From Cyanobacteria bacterium J06626_4 (GTDB taxonomy: Bacteria > Cyanobacteriota > Cyanobacteriia > Phormidesmidales > Phormidesmidaceae): a DNA stretch of 25,818 nt. The stretch's first letter is position 1. Each line of letters opens with the position of its first letter. The position numbers and the translations under genes were made by a program. Of the stretch, positions 1 to 9,137 are shown piece by piece. The stretch covers positions 1 to 25,818 of the forward strand of contig JBCBJQ010000086.1 in the NCBI GenBank assembly GCA_038523235.1, in the 5' to 3' direction. The notes beneath the pieces are model-generated. The model saw only the letters and a list, made by a program, of their open reading frames with translations. It did no database searches and was not told where the DNA came from.

Positions 1-394
1 GCAAGCGGGCCTTGAGATCACTCACGCTGTCGGAGCTGTGCCGTACCTGCTCCACCATATGATCGACCGACCACATCAGGTTGGCCTTGTCGGGACGGGT
101 CGCTTTTAACTGCTCGGCGATCGCCTCTAGTCGTTCTAAAAATGCGGTGTGCTCTCCAGTGTCGATGACCCGCGCGCCCAGGTAAAGCCCGTAGGCCGCT
201 GCCAACCCCAAGGCCGGCCCACCCCTGACAATGCGGGTTTGAATAGCAGTCAAAATATCTTCGCTGCGCGTGATCGAAACGACGGAATACTGCTGCGGCA
301 GCTTTGTCTGATCAATCAGCAGCACATGATCATCCTGCCAACGCACGGGAAAAACGTGGGTTTCTAACGTTTCTGTCATCGGAATTTCTGCCAT
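1..394 (-). CDS. Methylthioribose-1-phosphate isomerase (MtnA / eIF-2B family)-like protein, 5' part; runs off the window edge
   Basis: Not in the ORF track. Manual translation from ATG at 394 gives MAEIPMTETLETHVFPVRWQDDHVLLIDQTKLPQQY...IVRGGPALGLAAAYG...LKATRPDKANLMW, open to the edge. This matches the MtnA N-terminal motifs (LLDQ..LP, VRGAPAIG..AAYG, RPTAVNL) with substitutions. Confidence 0.8.
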   Translation of the reverse strand, partial: MAEIPMTETLETHVFPVRWQDDHVLLIDQTKLPQQYSVVSITRSEDILTAIQTRIVRGGPALGLAAAYGLYLGARVIDTGEHTAFLERLEAIAEQLKATRPDKANLMWSVDHMVEQVRHSSDSVSDLKARL

Positions 395-613
395 AGGAAT
401 TTAGGAGGATGCCACAGTCAGCGCGTCTGTGGCCAATTAACAACCCTGAAAAGATTCATCGCGCTGACGATCAGCCAAAATCACCCCGATTCTAATGGAA
501 TTTGTTGCGAATGCTAAGTCTCTGGGTTCAGGGAGAAGATGGCGAGACCTCAATTGATGCAGCCGCGTCATCAGGGGAATGGAAACCAGAGAATGGCGGC
601 GACAGCGGACTAG

Positions 614-1009
614 TCAGGACGTTTGCGCCTTGTAGGCAGCCCAGCCCCCCAGCTCAGAGATATCGGGCCAGCCGTGCTCTTCAATCAGGGCTTGAGGATA
701 CAGCATCGCGATCGCGGTTTCGCCCGTCTCCAGCGTCACTTCAGCGGGATACATGTGGGGCGGCTCAGTAGAGACGAGATGTTCGTATTGGGCGGGGGTG
801 AGAGAGTACAGCTCACCGGGAATCGCAATACCGCCCGTTTCGACCGCATAAATGCCGGGGTGCCAACCGTCTTTCACCGCGTGGAGACGATAGCGAGCTG
901 CAGTTTTTGCTTCGCGCACAAACGTGGCGTCTTGCAGATTGCCGTGGTCGGGTTGTCCCCGCAGGGCTGATCCACAAATGAAAACCGTTTGAGTAGCTGC
1001 AGCCGTCAT
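614..1009 (-). CDS. Gamma-glutamylcyclotransferase-fold protein resembling a stand-alone allophanate hydrolase C-terminal domain
   Basis: 131 aa with VFICGSALRGQPDH, TAARYRL, HPGI, IPGELY, EPP, V.L..G and a C-terminal DIS..GGWAAY, the pattern of the allophanate hydrolase C-terminal/GGCT-like fold. Confidence 0.7.
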   Translation of the reverse strand: MTAAATQTVFICGSALRGQPDHGNLQDATFVREAKTAARYRLHAVKDGWHPGIYAVETGGIAIPGELYSLTPAQYEHLVSTEPPHMYPAEVTLETGETAIAMLYPQALIEEHGWPDISELGGWAAYKAQTS

Positions 1010-1122
1010 GAATTCTTTCCTTGAGAACGCCGAATATTTATTTTTCCGAGGTTACTTCAATTGCCAACGCGACGGAGTCAGGCCCATCGCAAAGATGTAA
1101 AACCTCATATCTTGATACAACC

Positions 1123-1824
1123 CTAAACATCCCCATCACCGTTAGCGGAGAGCGCTTCCAGCGCCTCGACCACCCGCTGTTTACTTGCTTCTAAGTGTGC
1201 CTGCATCGAGGCGATCGCCCGGTCGGCATCGCGAGCCACAATAGCGCTGCAGATTTCGTGATGTTCGCCGCAAATCTCCAACACTTGCGGATCGTGACGC
1301 GTGGTGTGCACCCGCAGCAGCATCATTTTGTCGAACACCTGATCAAGCAACCCCGTCAGCCAGCTATTGCCCGTGCTGGTAGCAATCTGACGGTGAAACT
1401 GATAGTCGAGGTTAAGCATCTCAAAGGTGTTGAGAGCTGAGGTCTGGCGCTGGACGGCCCGTTCTGCCTGGGCAACCGATTGCTGCAGTACTTCTAAAGC
1501 GCGATCGCTGACTGCAAGACAGGCCGACCGCACCGCCGCTTGTTCTAGCGCTAAGCGACAGTCATAGAGCTGCACGGCATCGGTCGCTGACACCGAGATA
1601 ATCCGCAGCCCGCCCCCGTCAACGGTGACCAAGCCCTCTCGCTGCAGCTGCCGCAGCGCCTCTCGAATGGGGGTGCGACTGACCTGTAGCTGCTCCGCCA
1701 AATGGGTTTCCACCAGGCGATCGCCGGGGCGCAGTTCTCCCGAGAGGATGCTGGTGCGGAGCGCCTGGTAAGTCTGCTCATGGAGCGACTCGCGTCGGGG
1801 TAGCGGTTTAGAGAGTGTGACCAA
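1123..1824 (-). CDS. GntR-family (FadR/FCD) transcriptional regulator
   Basis: N-terminal wHTH (ILSGELRPGDRLVETHLAEQLQVSRTPIREALRQL) and an FCD domain (R..LE, D..FH, N..L, EH..I..AI..RD...A...M..HL). Confidence 0.95.
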   Translation of the reverse strand: MVTLSKPLPRRESLHEQTYQALRTSILSGELRPGDRLVETHLAEQLQVSRTPIREALRQLQREGLVTVDGGGLRIISVSATDAVQLYDCRLALEQAAVRSACLAVSDRALEVLQQSVAQAERAVQRQTSALNTFEMLNLDYQFHRQIATSTGNSWLTGLLDQVFDKMMLLRVHTTRHDPQVLEICGEHHEICSAIVARDADRAIASMQAHLEASKQRVVEALEALSANGDGDV

Positions 1825-1894
1825 GGGGAGAATCCTCAGAGGTTAACGACAGGCCGGTTGGTGATGGCGTTGGCCACGGTGCTGGGGACAAATA

Positions 1895-1915
1895 TGAGCC
1901 TTGAGCCTTGAGCCT
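1895..1915. repeat. Heptamer tandem repeat (TGAGCCT)x3, STRR-like
   Basis: tgagcct tgagcct tgagcct read directly in the GntR/amidohydrolase intergenic region. Confidence 0.85.
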
Positions 1916-1985
1916 GAGCACATTAGCAGAGTGGCTCTGCAGTCTTACCTTAAGCGGAATGACGCCTGTCATAAACTCGCATCAA

Positions 1986-1999
1986 GTAAGCGATTTTAC
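1986..1999 (+). promoter_or_regulatory. Candidate NtcA box GTA-N8-TAC
   Basis: aGTAagcgatttTACa about 100 nt upstream of the amidohydrolase start. It fits the cyanobacterial NtcA consensus and the gene function; spacing to the nearest TAN3T (TACAGT, 2025) is 25 nt, not the canonical ~22. Confidence 0.5.
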
Positions 2000-2019
2000 A
2001 GCCACAGCCGCCGCAGATA

Positions 2020-2034
2020 TTGTATACAGTATAC
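2020..2034. promoter_or_regulatory. Candidate GntR/FCD operator TTGTATACAGTATAC
   Basis: Palindrome TGTATACA (2021-2028) followed by a second GTATAC (2029-2034), between the divergent GntR gene and its probable target; resembles FadR-subfamily TGTATACA-type operators. Confidence 0.6.
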
Positions 2035-2099
2035 GCTTCGAGCCCTACAGTAGTGGCAGAGAAGATTTAGTCAAAGTTTGCCTGCAGAGAGGTTTTCCC

Positions 2100-3353
2100 A
2101 TGGTTTCATCGGTCGTTTCTACCCTGGCGATTAATGGCGATCGCCTGATGGCCATGATTCGTCAGCTGGCCCAATTGGGTGCGCTGCCTAACGGTGGTGT
2201 CCAGCGCTTGGCGTTTAGTGAGGCCGACTGCCAGGCGCGCACCCTCGTCAGCGGCTGGATGCTCGAAGCGGGCATGACCGTGCAAACTGACCCAGCAGGC
2301 AATCTGATTGGCCGCTATGCGGGCCGATTTGATGATGCCCCACCACTGATGACCGGCTCCCACATCGACACCGTGCCCAATGCCGGCCACTACGACGGTA
2401 CCTACGGCGTGCTAGCGGGCATTGCCGTCGTCGCGGCCTTGTCCTCGCAAGGTCAACACCTCGATCATCCGCTGGAAGTAGTGGTGTTTGCCGATGAAGA
2501 ACGCACCATGATTGGCTGCAAGGCGATGGCCGGACAACTCTTGCCCGATGCCGAGCTGTATCGTAGCCGCAGCCACGAAGCCATCCAAGACTGTCTGGCG
2601 CGCGCGGGCGGCGATTGGGCGGCGATCGCCCAAGCCCAGCGATCACCCGCGTCGCTAGCGGCGTTTGTTGAATTGCATGTCGAACAGGGGCCGGTGCTCA
2701 CCAGTGCCGACAAGCAGATCGGCGTGGTCACCGGCATCGTGGGCCAGCAGCGCTATTGGATCACGGTCACCGGTCAGTCTAGCCATGCGGGCACGACACC
2801 AATGCCGATGCGCCAGGATGCCCTAGTGGCCGCGTCGCAATTGGTACTGGCAATTAACCGCATTGGCCGCCAGCCCGGCGATCAGGTGGCAACGGTGGGC
2901 CGTATGGAGTTGCATCCCAACGTGCCGAACAGCATTCCCGGCCAGGTCGAGATGAGCTTAGATCTGCGAGATCTCTCAACCGGCCGGCTGCGGCACCTGC
3001 TGTTCGAAATTCAGCAGGAAATTGCAGCGATCGCCGCCGCGACCGGCACTCAAATCGCCATGGTGGAGCGGTTGCACAATGAGCCTGCCCCCGCCAACTC
3101 ACACATTCAAACCACGATCGCCCAAGTATGCGACGACCTGCAGCTAAGCCACTGCGCCCTGCCCAGTCGAGCCAGCCACGACGCCCAAGAACTCTCGCGC
3201 ATTACCGATATGGGCATGATCTTTGTGCCCAGCGAAGGAGGCATCAGCCATGCTGAAACGGAATACACGAGCCCTCAGGACTGCCTCAATGGCGCGACCG
3301 TCTTGCTCCACACCCTGCTGCGTCTCGATCAGCATTATTACTGCCACTACTGA
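2100..3353 (+). CDS. Zn-dependent M20 amidohydrolase (allantoate amidohydrolase / N-carbamoyl-L-amino-acid hydrolase / beta-ureidopropionase family)
   Basis: Motifs GSHIDTVP..G.YDG..GV, DEE, ELHVEQGPVL, HAGTTPM..R.DAL, PN.IPG, ASHDA and GGISH..E. Family similarity begins at ATG 2100 (MVSSVVSTLAINGDRL), so the 1908 start is probably over-extended. Confidence 0.9.
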   Translation: MVSSVVSTLAINGDRLMAMIRQLAQLGALPNGGVQRLAFSEADCQARTLVSGWMLEAGMTVQTDPAGNLIGRYAGRFDDAPPLMTGSHIDTVPNAGHYDGTYGVLAGIAVVAALSSQGQHLDHPLEVVVFADEERTMIGCKAMAGQLLPDAELYRSRSHEAIQDCLARAGGDWAAIAQAQRSPASLAAFVELHVEQGPVLTSADKQIGVVTGIVGQQRYWITVTGQSSHAGTTPMPMRQDALVAASQLVLAINRIGRQPGDQVATVGRMELHPNVPNSIPGQVEMSLDLRDLSTGRLRHLLFEIQQEIAAIAAATGTQIAMVERLHNEPAPANSHIQTTIAQVCDDLQLSHCALPSRASHDAQELSRITDMGMIFVPSEGGISHAETEYTSPQDCLNGATVLLHTLLRLDQHYYCHY

Positions 3354-3866
3354 CCCAGCCGGTAGTGAATTAAACGCGACAATAGGACTGAATTTTGAAG
3401 CTTGCTTTTTGCCAACGCCTCAGCGTCAAGGCCGGTCACGGCAAGCGAGCTTGCCTGGTTGGTCATCGCAGCAGTCGGAATTCGGCAGGCGGGATTGAGA
3501 GGTTAGGTCAAATAACAACTAACGACTTCCTGCTTTTTGGTCTAGTTACCGTCACTGCGTAAAACAGCTAACTCCTTGTTTCCCAGCCTCTTTAGCGTTT
3601 TTCGGTGGCCTCAGGCATCCGCTTGGGGAAAATGAGGCGTGAGCTATCTGCTCAGGAGCGAGGAGAACCATTCGCGCTGGCTGGCGTCGTGAGAATTAAG
3701 ATAACCGACTTTATCCGTCCTAAATCCGTCCTAAAATCTGGCTTGGCCCTCAACGCCGGGCACCACCCTTGCGGTAATTTATCCGGTAGCGATAGAGCCA
3801 GACCTGTAGGATTGAGGTACCTTTATCCGTGACGTGCAGTACGGTGGTGTAGGTCGCTCGTATAGT

Positions 3867-5312
3867 ATGACTCCTCTGACCCAGCTCTTAAAACCGGCCT
3901 ATGCGCCCTTGACCTTTTCGCTGCGATCGCTCTCGACCGCGGCCCCGCTTGTAGTTGCTGATGTCTTGGGCTTGGCGAGTGCCGTCTATGTCAGTGTGGT
4001 GGGTCGCCACGCCTTAGGGGGGCAGTTTGAGCCCGCCCTGTATTGGCGCCTCTGGCCCCTGCTTGGCATGGTCGTGGCGATTTATTTTTTGGCTAAGCTC
4101 TATCCGGCTGTCGGCCTTAGCCCTGTGGAAGAACTGCGGCGACTCTGCCTCTCCACCACCCTGTTTTATTTGGCACTAGCTGCCGTCATCTTTTTGTTTC
4201 GAGAAGGCACCACTTATTCGAGAGCGATCTTCTTGGTCGCTTGGCCCCTCTCGATGGCGGGTGTTTGGCTGGCCCGGATCGCCATGCGTCGCCTGGTAGC
4301 CCCCTGCTCTTGGTGGGGGTTTCCGGTCGTGGTTATGGGCGCAGGTCGCACCGGTGAGCTAGTCATTCGGACGCTAAAGCGACAGCCAGGCTTGGGGTTT
4401 AAGCCTGTTGCCGTGTTAGACGATGACCCTAAGAAACAGGGCTCTGTAGAGTCCGTGCCGGTGGTGGGGCGGCTCTCGGTGGCACCCTATGTGGCCCGCG
4501 ATCTCCATGTCAGCTATGCGATCGTCGCCATGCCCGGTGTGCCTCGCGACAAGCTGCTGGCGATTTTGGAGCGCTATGGCCACACCTTTCCCCATTTACT
4601 CGTCATTCCTGACCTGTTTGGGTTTGCCAGCTTATGGGTCAGTGCCACCGACATGGGCGGCATTTTAGGGCTTGAAATTCGCCAGCGCCTGCTGCTACCA
4701 GGGCCCCGATTTACCAAAAGCATTTTGGACTGCTGTTTAACGATTTTGCTCGGTTTGTTTGCCTTGCCGCTGTTTCTGCTCATTATGGTGGCAGTTAAGC
4801 TCGATTCACCGGGGCCAATTTTCTATGGCCAACATCGCCTTGGTCGCGGCGCTCGCCCCTTTAAAGCCTGGAAATTTCGCTCAATGGTGACCAATGCCGA
4901 TGAGGTTTTGCAACACCACCTGATTGAAAATCACCTTTATCGAGAAGAATGGGAAAAGGAGCGCAAGCTCAAAAGTGACCCTCGCATTACGCGGATCGGT
5001 CGCCTACTCAGACGCACCAGTTTAGACGAGCTGCCCCAACTGTGGAATGTTTTGCGCGGTGAGATGAGTCTGGTCGGACCGCGCCCCATTGTGGATGCCG
5101 AAGTGGCTCACTATGCCGACAAGTTCGAACTTTATAAGCGAGTACCGCCGGGGATTACTGGGCTATGGCAAGTTTCTGGCAGAAATGACGTCACTTATTC
5201 AGAGCGGGTTAACTTGGATGCTTACTACGTCAGAAATTGGTCTGTCTGGTTAGATATTTATATTTTACTGAGAACTATCTGGGTGGTATTGATCGGAGAT
5301 GGCGCATACTGA
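3867..5312 (+). CDS. wbaP: Undecaprenyl-phosphate hexose-1-phosphate transferase (WbaP type)
   Basis: Four N-terminal TM helices, a GAGRTG..DDDP Rossmann-like segment and the C-terminal PGT core (KFRSM, DPRITRIGRLLRRTSLDELPQLWNVLRGEMSLVGPRP, PGITGLWQVSGRN). ATG at 3867 preferred over GTG at 3834. Confidence 0.9.
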   Translation: MTPLTQLLKPAYAPLTFSLRSLSTAAPLVVADVLGLASAVYVSVVGRHALGGQFEPALYWRLWPLLGMVVAIYFLAKLYPAVGLSPVEELRRLCLSTTLFYLALAAVIFLFREGTTYSRAIFLVAWPLSMAGVWLARIAMRRLVAPCSWWGFPVVVMGAGRTGELVIRTLKRQPGLGFKPVAVLDDDPKKQGSVESVPVVGRLSVAPYVARDLHVSYAIVAMPGVPRDKLLAILERYGHTFPHLLVIPDLFGFASLWVSATDMGGILGLEIRQRLLLPGPRFTKSILDCCLTILLGLFALPLFLLIMVAVKLDSPGPIFYGQHRLGRGARPFKAWKFRSMVTNADEVLQHHLIENHLYREEWEKERKLKSDPRITRIGRLLRRTSLDELPQLWNVLRGEMSLVGPRPIVDAEVAHYADKFELYKRVPPGITGLWQVSGRNDVTYSERVNLDAYYVRNWSVWLDIYILLRTIWVVLIGDGAY

Positions 5313-6582
5313 TGCACGATCGCAGTGGTTAGATCAAGGGCCGGCACTCTGGAATGGGGTGCTACCGATGTGCCTGTTGCTGTTGCCCTATCCGTATTCG
5401 ATGTTTGTGGGGCTGGTCGGCTTCTTGGCCTTGGCGCTGTGGCAAAGTTACTTTTATCCTGGCGCTGTGCTCAAGCTGTTGTCTGACAGTGGCTTTATTG
5501 CGGTGGGTCTATTGCTCATTGTCAGTGCCGGCTTTGCGACGTTTCGCGGTGAAGCCTATTTGCAGCTCGCTCACTTTCTGCCTTTTTTCTGGTTTTGGGC
5601 GGTCTTGACGCTCTATCTCAAGCAGACCGCCGATCCGTGGCTGCAGATCTATCGGTGGGCGCTGATACTCGTGCTGACGACCCTACCGGTCAACCTCATC
5701 GGCATCGTTGAATACGTCCTCAAGATCAATCACCCGGGGATTTTAGCGACTTATCTACCCTGGGTCGATTGGCTCTACCTCGGCGATCTACATGTTCCCC
5801 GCGCCTTCTCAGTGTTTGATTATCCCAACACGCTGGCCAGCTATCTGGTGATGATCTTGGGTCTCAACCTGGGCCTGATCTTTGCGGGTCAGGGGCCGAT
5901 CGAGAATTCTCAACAGCGGCCGTGGTCTCGTTATGCTCTGGGAGCCAATCTGCTACTCACGCTGATGTGCCTATTTGCTTCGGGGTCGCGCAATGGGTAT
6001 TTAGTCGCAATTTTGCTGCTGCTGGTCGGCTTTGTGGGGGCACGCACGAATCGGTGGGTTAGATTGCTCGGCCTCACTGGTTTCACCCTTATTGTCTTTA
6101 CGACTATGCGTTTCGGCCTCGCCGGGCGGGCGCTTTCCTGGAGCTGGGTGACCGATGACCCCCGCGTCCACGTCTGGGGCTTAGCGATGCAAATGATTCG
6201 CGATCGCCCTCTCGTGGGTTATGGCTTAGGGAACTACAAGCTGCTCTACAACGGCGAAGTCCCCGGCTACAGCTACATTGCCCATGCCCATAGCTTCTGG
6301 CTGACGTTGGCCTCAGAGGCGGGGTTGCCAGTCATGCTGTTATTTACCGCAGCGGTCGGCCTGATTGTATATCGAGGCTACCGAGCGCTGCTCAGCTTGA
6401 AAGGGCACCCATCGTATTACAGCGTATTCATGGGCTACCATCTCAGCTTTTTAGCTATCTTGCTTTTCTCACTGGTCGATATCACGCTGTTTGAAGCGCG
6501 CGTCAACCTCCTCGCCTGGCTCAGCTTAGCGGTCATTGGCGTTGGCCCAGAGCTCAGCCACGCCCTCAAGCGTCAACCCTAG
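5299..6582 (+). CDS. O-antigen ligase / Wzy_C family membrane protein
   Basis: Polytopic membrane protein with RA.SVF.YPN.LA.YL, SGSRNG, R..VW..A..MI.DRP..GYG.GN and HAHS..L..A.E.G; overlaps the wbaP stop by 14 bp. Confidence 0.85.
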   Translation: MAHTDARSQWLDQGPALWNGVLPMCLLLLPYPYSMFVGLVGFLALALWQSYFYPGAVLKLLSDSGFIAVGLLLIVSAGFATFRGEAYLQLAHFLPFFWFWAVLTLYLKQTADPWLQIYRWALILVLTTLPVNLIGIVEYVLKINHPGILATYLPWVDWLYLGDLHVPRAFSVFDYPNTLASYLVMILGLNLGLIFAGQGPIENSQQRPWSRYALGANLLLTLMCLFASGSRNGYLVAILLLLVGFVGARTNRWVRLLGLTGFTLIVFTTMRFGLAGRALSWSWVTDDPRVHVWGLAMQMIRDRPLVGYGLGNYKLLYNGEVPGYSYIAHAHSFWLTLASEAGLPVMLLFTAAVGLIVYRGYRALLSLKGHPSYYSVFMGYHLSFLAILLFSLVDITLFEARVNLLAWLSLAVIGVGPELSHALKRQP

Positions 6583-6627
6583 AGGCTGTCATCCTTTAGC
6601 GGCTGAGTCCTGAAGTCGCGACAGCCT
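6583..6627. repeat. Short inverted-repeat element AGGCTGTC...GACAGCCT between convergent genes
   Basis: 8-bp perfect inverted repeat (6583-6590 / 6620-6627) with a 29-nt spacer; could be a terminator or a mini mobile-element relic. Confidence 0.45.
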
Positions 6628-6689
6628 TGTGACCCACACAAACGCCTACCGCGTACTGCTTGACCCGCCAACATCAAAACAGTAGCTAG

Positions 6690-7604
6690 CTAGTCGAGCG
6701 TAATTACATCGACCCAGTCGCGATAGGCGGCATCGCGATTTTCGACAATGGCGGTCAGTGTCGTCTGCAGCTGTTGCGTCAGGGGGCGTTCTGCTGGCAG
6801 CACGTAGTTCTCGATCTGCTGGACGGGCGCAATCCGCGCGGCGGTGCCACATAAAAACACCTCGTCAGCAATCAGCAGTTCCGAGCGATCGACCGGACGT
6901 TCGACCACTGGCATGTTCAGGTTACGAGCAATCTGCATCACGCTATCGCGGGTGATCCCTTCCAAAATGTCTTGATCAGTCCCTGGTGTAATGAGCTGTC
7001 CCTGCCGCACCAGAAAAATGTTCATCCCAGAAGCCTCGCTCACCTTGCCCTGGGCGTTGAGCATGATGGCTTCATCAAAACCCGACTGTCGGGCTTCCGT
7101 TTTGGCCAGGGATGAGTTGATGTAGCAGCCAGTGATCTTGCCTCGCAGCGGCAGATTCAAATCTGATGGACGCTGCCAAGAGCTAATGCGGCAAGTAATG
7201 CCGTGGGGCGAGAGGTAGTCGCCAAGCGGCAGGCCATAGACGGCAAAGTCATGCTCAACATCATGCAGGCGCGGCGCAATGCCCAAGTCAGAGGTGTAAA
7301 CCAATGGACGAATATAAAACGGCTCTTGCGGGCGATTTTGTTTAATGAACTCCACCAAAACCGTTTTGATTTCACTGGCCGGCAAATCAAAGTGTAAAAA
7401 GCGAGCACTCTGACTTAGTCGCTGGCAGTGCCTTTCTAACCGAAAGAGCAGAATTTGGCTGGGATCGGTCGGATTGGGTAGCCCCCGCATGCCCCCAAAC
7501 GCCCCGGTACCGTAGTGCAAGGCATGGGTAGCCACCGAGAGAGTGGCTTCGGCAAAGGGACAAAATTGCTTTTGAAAATAGGCGATCGGTAGAAACTTGG
7601 GCAT
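6690..7604 (-). CDS. ilvE: Branched-chain amino acid aminotransferase (PLP class IV)
   Basis: HALHYGTGAFGGMRG, LFRL..H..RL, YIRP, RGKI (PLP lysine), GFDEAI, SEASGMNIF, ILEGITR and ADEVFLCGTAA. Confidence 0.95.
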   Translation of the reverse strand: MPKFLPIAYFQKQFCPFAEATLSVATHALHYGTGAFGGMRGLPNPTDPSQILLFRLERHCQRLSQSARFLHFDLPASEIKTVLVEFIKQNRPQEPFYIRPLVYTSDLGIAPRLHDVEHDFAVYGLPLGDYLSPHGITCRISSWQRPSDLNLPLRGKITGCYINSSLAKTEARQSGFDEAIMLNAQGKVSEASGMNIFLVRQGQLITPGTDQDILEGITRDSVMQIARNLNMPVVERPVDRSELLIADEVFLCGTAARIAPVQQIENYVLPAERPLTQQLQTTLTAIVENRDAAYRDWVDVITLD

Positions 7605-7769
7605 CGGTCGTCTCTAATATCGGTCAGTAGTGACAGTATTGTCCTAAAAAACGCCAGTTTAGGAAACGTGTCCCCAAACCGCACGCCGGTATGAACGATC
7701 AGCGATCAGTCTCAGTAAGGCGGGGGCACGAATATCTGGATTTTTTGGTGTCGCGCCGGAGAAAGGCGC

Positions 7770-8105
7770 TTTAGCATAGCCCAAAATCCGTTTTAGGGCG
7801 GCAAAGTCATGCGCAATGTTGTTGAAGTCGAGTGAGTAGGGCGGTAGAAATAACGCTTGATGCCCCGCGACTGCCGCGATTTCAGTCACCACCTCAGGCC
7901 GATGAAAACGGACATTATCTGAAATCAGCAAGGTCTGCGGTGGCAAGATGCGACAGAGATGCTCCCTCAGCCAAGTTTCCAAGACGATCGCCGTGATGCT
8001 GCCGGAGATCATCATTGGGGCGAAAAACTCGTGGGCATTCCGGGCGACCAATAGATTCTGGCGAGGTCATCGTTGACTCAAGCGTTCACCATAGGCTGAC
8101 CGAGG
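7770..8105 (-). pseudogene. IS630-family transposase remnant (DDE C-terminal part)
   Basis: LISDNVRFH and FLPPYSLDFNNIAHDFAALK (canonical DNA.FH / LPPYSPD.NPIE; the catalytic E is replaced by A). The same frame continues upstream as RSAYGERLSQR*PRQNLLVAR with an in-frame TGA at 8067-8069. No N-terminal HTH; boundaries approximate. Confidence 0.85.
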
Positions 8106-8108
8106 TGT

Positions 8109-9137
8109 TTAAGTTGACAGCAGTTCCAACACTGCACATTCATCGGGGTCAAGATAAGCGATCGTCTGATCCGTGGATTGCATGAGCGGCAACAGTTGCC
8201 CTGCCAAATAGGTATCCAGCACTTTCGGATGCACATAATATTTCCGACAGGTGGCGGGGCGATTGCCGAGCTGTTGCGCCACCGACTTGATGGCTGCCGT
8301 TACCTGCTTTGAGGTGGGCTGAGCAGTCACCTCAGGGGCTTGCTGAGTCAGTGTTTGAGCCATCAAAATTGTGCCTGCCCAGGTGCGAAAATCTTTAGCG
8401 GTAAAGTCGCCGCCCGCCACGGCTTGCAGATAATCATTCACGTCGCCAGAATCTACCGCCTGGCGGTTACCGTCCTCATCAAGATATTGAAACACCGAAT
8501 AGCCTGGGAGTTCTGAGCAGCGCTGGATTAACTTTGCCAGGCGCTGATCAGCAAGTTCGATGTGATGCTCAATGCCGCTCTTGCCAGTGAATTCAAACTC
8601 GACCTGATGCCCCTCGACCGTGATGTGGCGAGTCCGCAGGGTAGTGAGTCCGTAGGATTTATTGGCCTTGGCATAGGCGGTATTGCCGACCCGAATCAAC
8701 GTTTCCTCCAGCAGTTGCACCACCAGCGCTAACACCTTTTCGCGCGGCAGCCCCTGCAGCTTGAGATGGCGATCAGTTTGCTGTCGAATGTGGCTCAAGG
8801 CATGGCCAAAAGGCAACAGGCGCTCGAACTTAACTTGACTCCGGATTTGCTGCCACTCGGGATGATAGCGATACTGCTTGCGGCCCTTAGCATCGCGTCC
8901 CGTCGCTTGCAAATGCCCTCGCTCATCAGGACAAATCCACACGTCTTGCCAAGCGGGAGGAATCGCGAGCTGCTTGAGACGATCGCGACACTGGCGATCG
9001 CTAATCCGCTGTCCCTCCACATCAAAATAGCTAAACCCCCGACCGAATTTTTGCCGCGTAAAACCGGGCTGCTTGTCCGTCACATACCTCAAACCAGACT
9101 GGCGGGCGAGCTGTTGATCTGACTTCTGCACGGTCAA
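8109..9137 (-). CDS. Bacterial (poxvirus-like) type IB DNA topoisomerase
   Basis: LAIPPAW.DVWICP, HLQATGRDAKGRKQYRYH, IRVGN (Arg), FTGKSG (Lys), TAKDFRTW (Arg), LGNRPA (Asn at the His position, as in bacterial TopIB) and CRKYYVHP (catalytic Tyr). Confidence 0.95.
   Translation of the reverse strand: MTVQKSDQQLARQSGLRYVTDKQPGFTRQKFGRGFSYFDVEGQRISDRQCRDRLKQLAIPPAWQDVWICPDERGHLQATGRDAKGRKQYRYHPEWQQIRSQVKFERLLPFGHALSHIRQQTDRHLKLQGLPREKVLALVVQLLEETLIRVGNTAYAKANKSYGLTTLRTRHITVEGHQVEFEFTGKSGIEHHIELADQRLAKLIQRCSELPGYSVFQYLDEDGNRQAVDSGDVNDYLQAVAGGDFTAKDFRTWAGTILMAQTLTQQAPEVTAQPTSKQVTAAIKSVAQQLGNRPATCRKYYVHPKVLDTYLAGQLLPLMQSTDQTIAYLDPDECAVLELLST

Noticed and set aside
149..970. Plus-strand ORFs 149..367, 502..771 and 623..970
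   Set aside because: They lie antisense to the MtnA-like and GGCT-like genes and have no recognisable motifs; treated as shadow ORFs, as are the other short ORFs nested in long CDSs across the window.
1908..2099. 64-codon N-terminal extension of the amidohydrolase ORF
   Set aside because: It starts inside a heptamer repeat, spans the candidate NtcA/GntR sites and has no family similarity; ATG 2100 is preferred.
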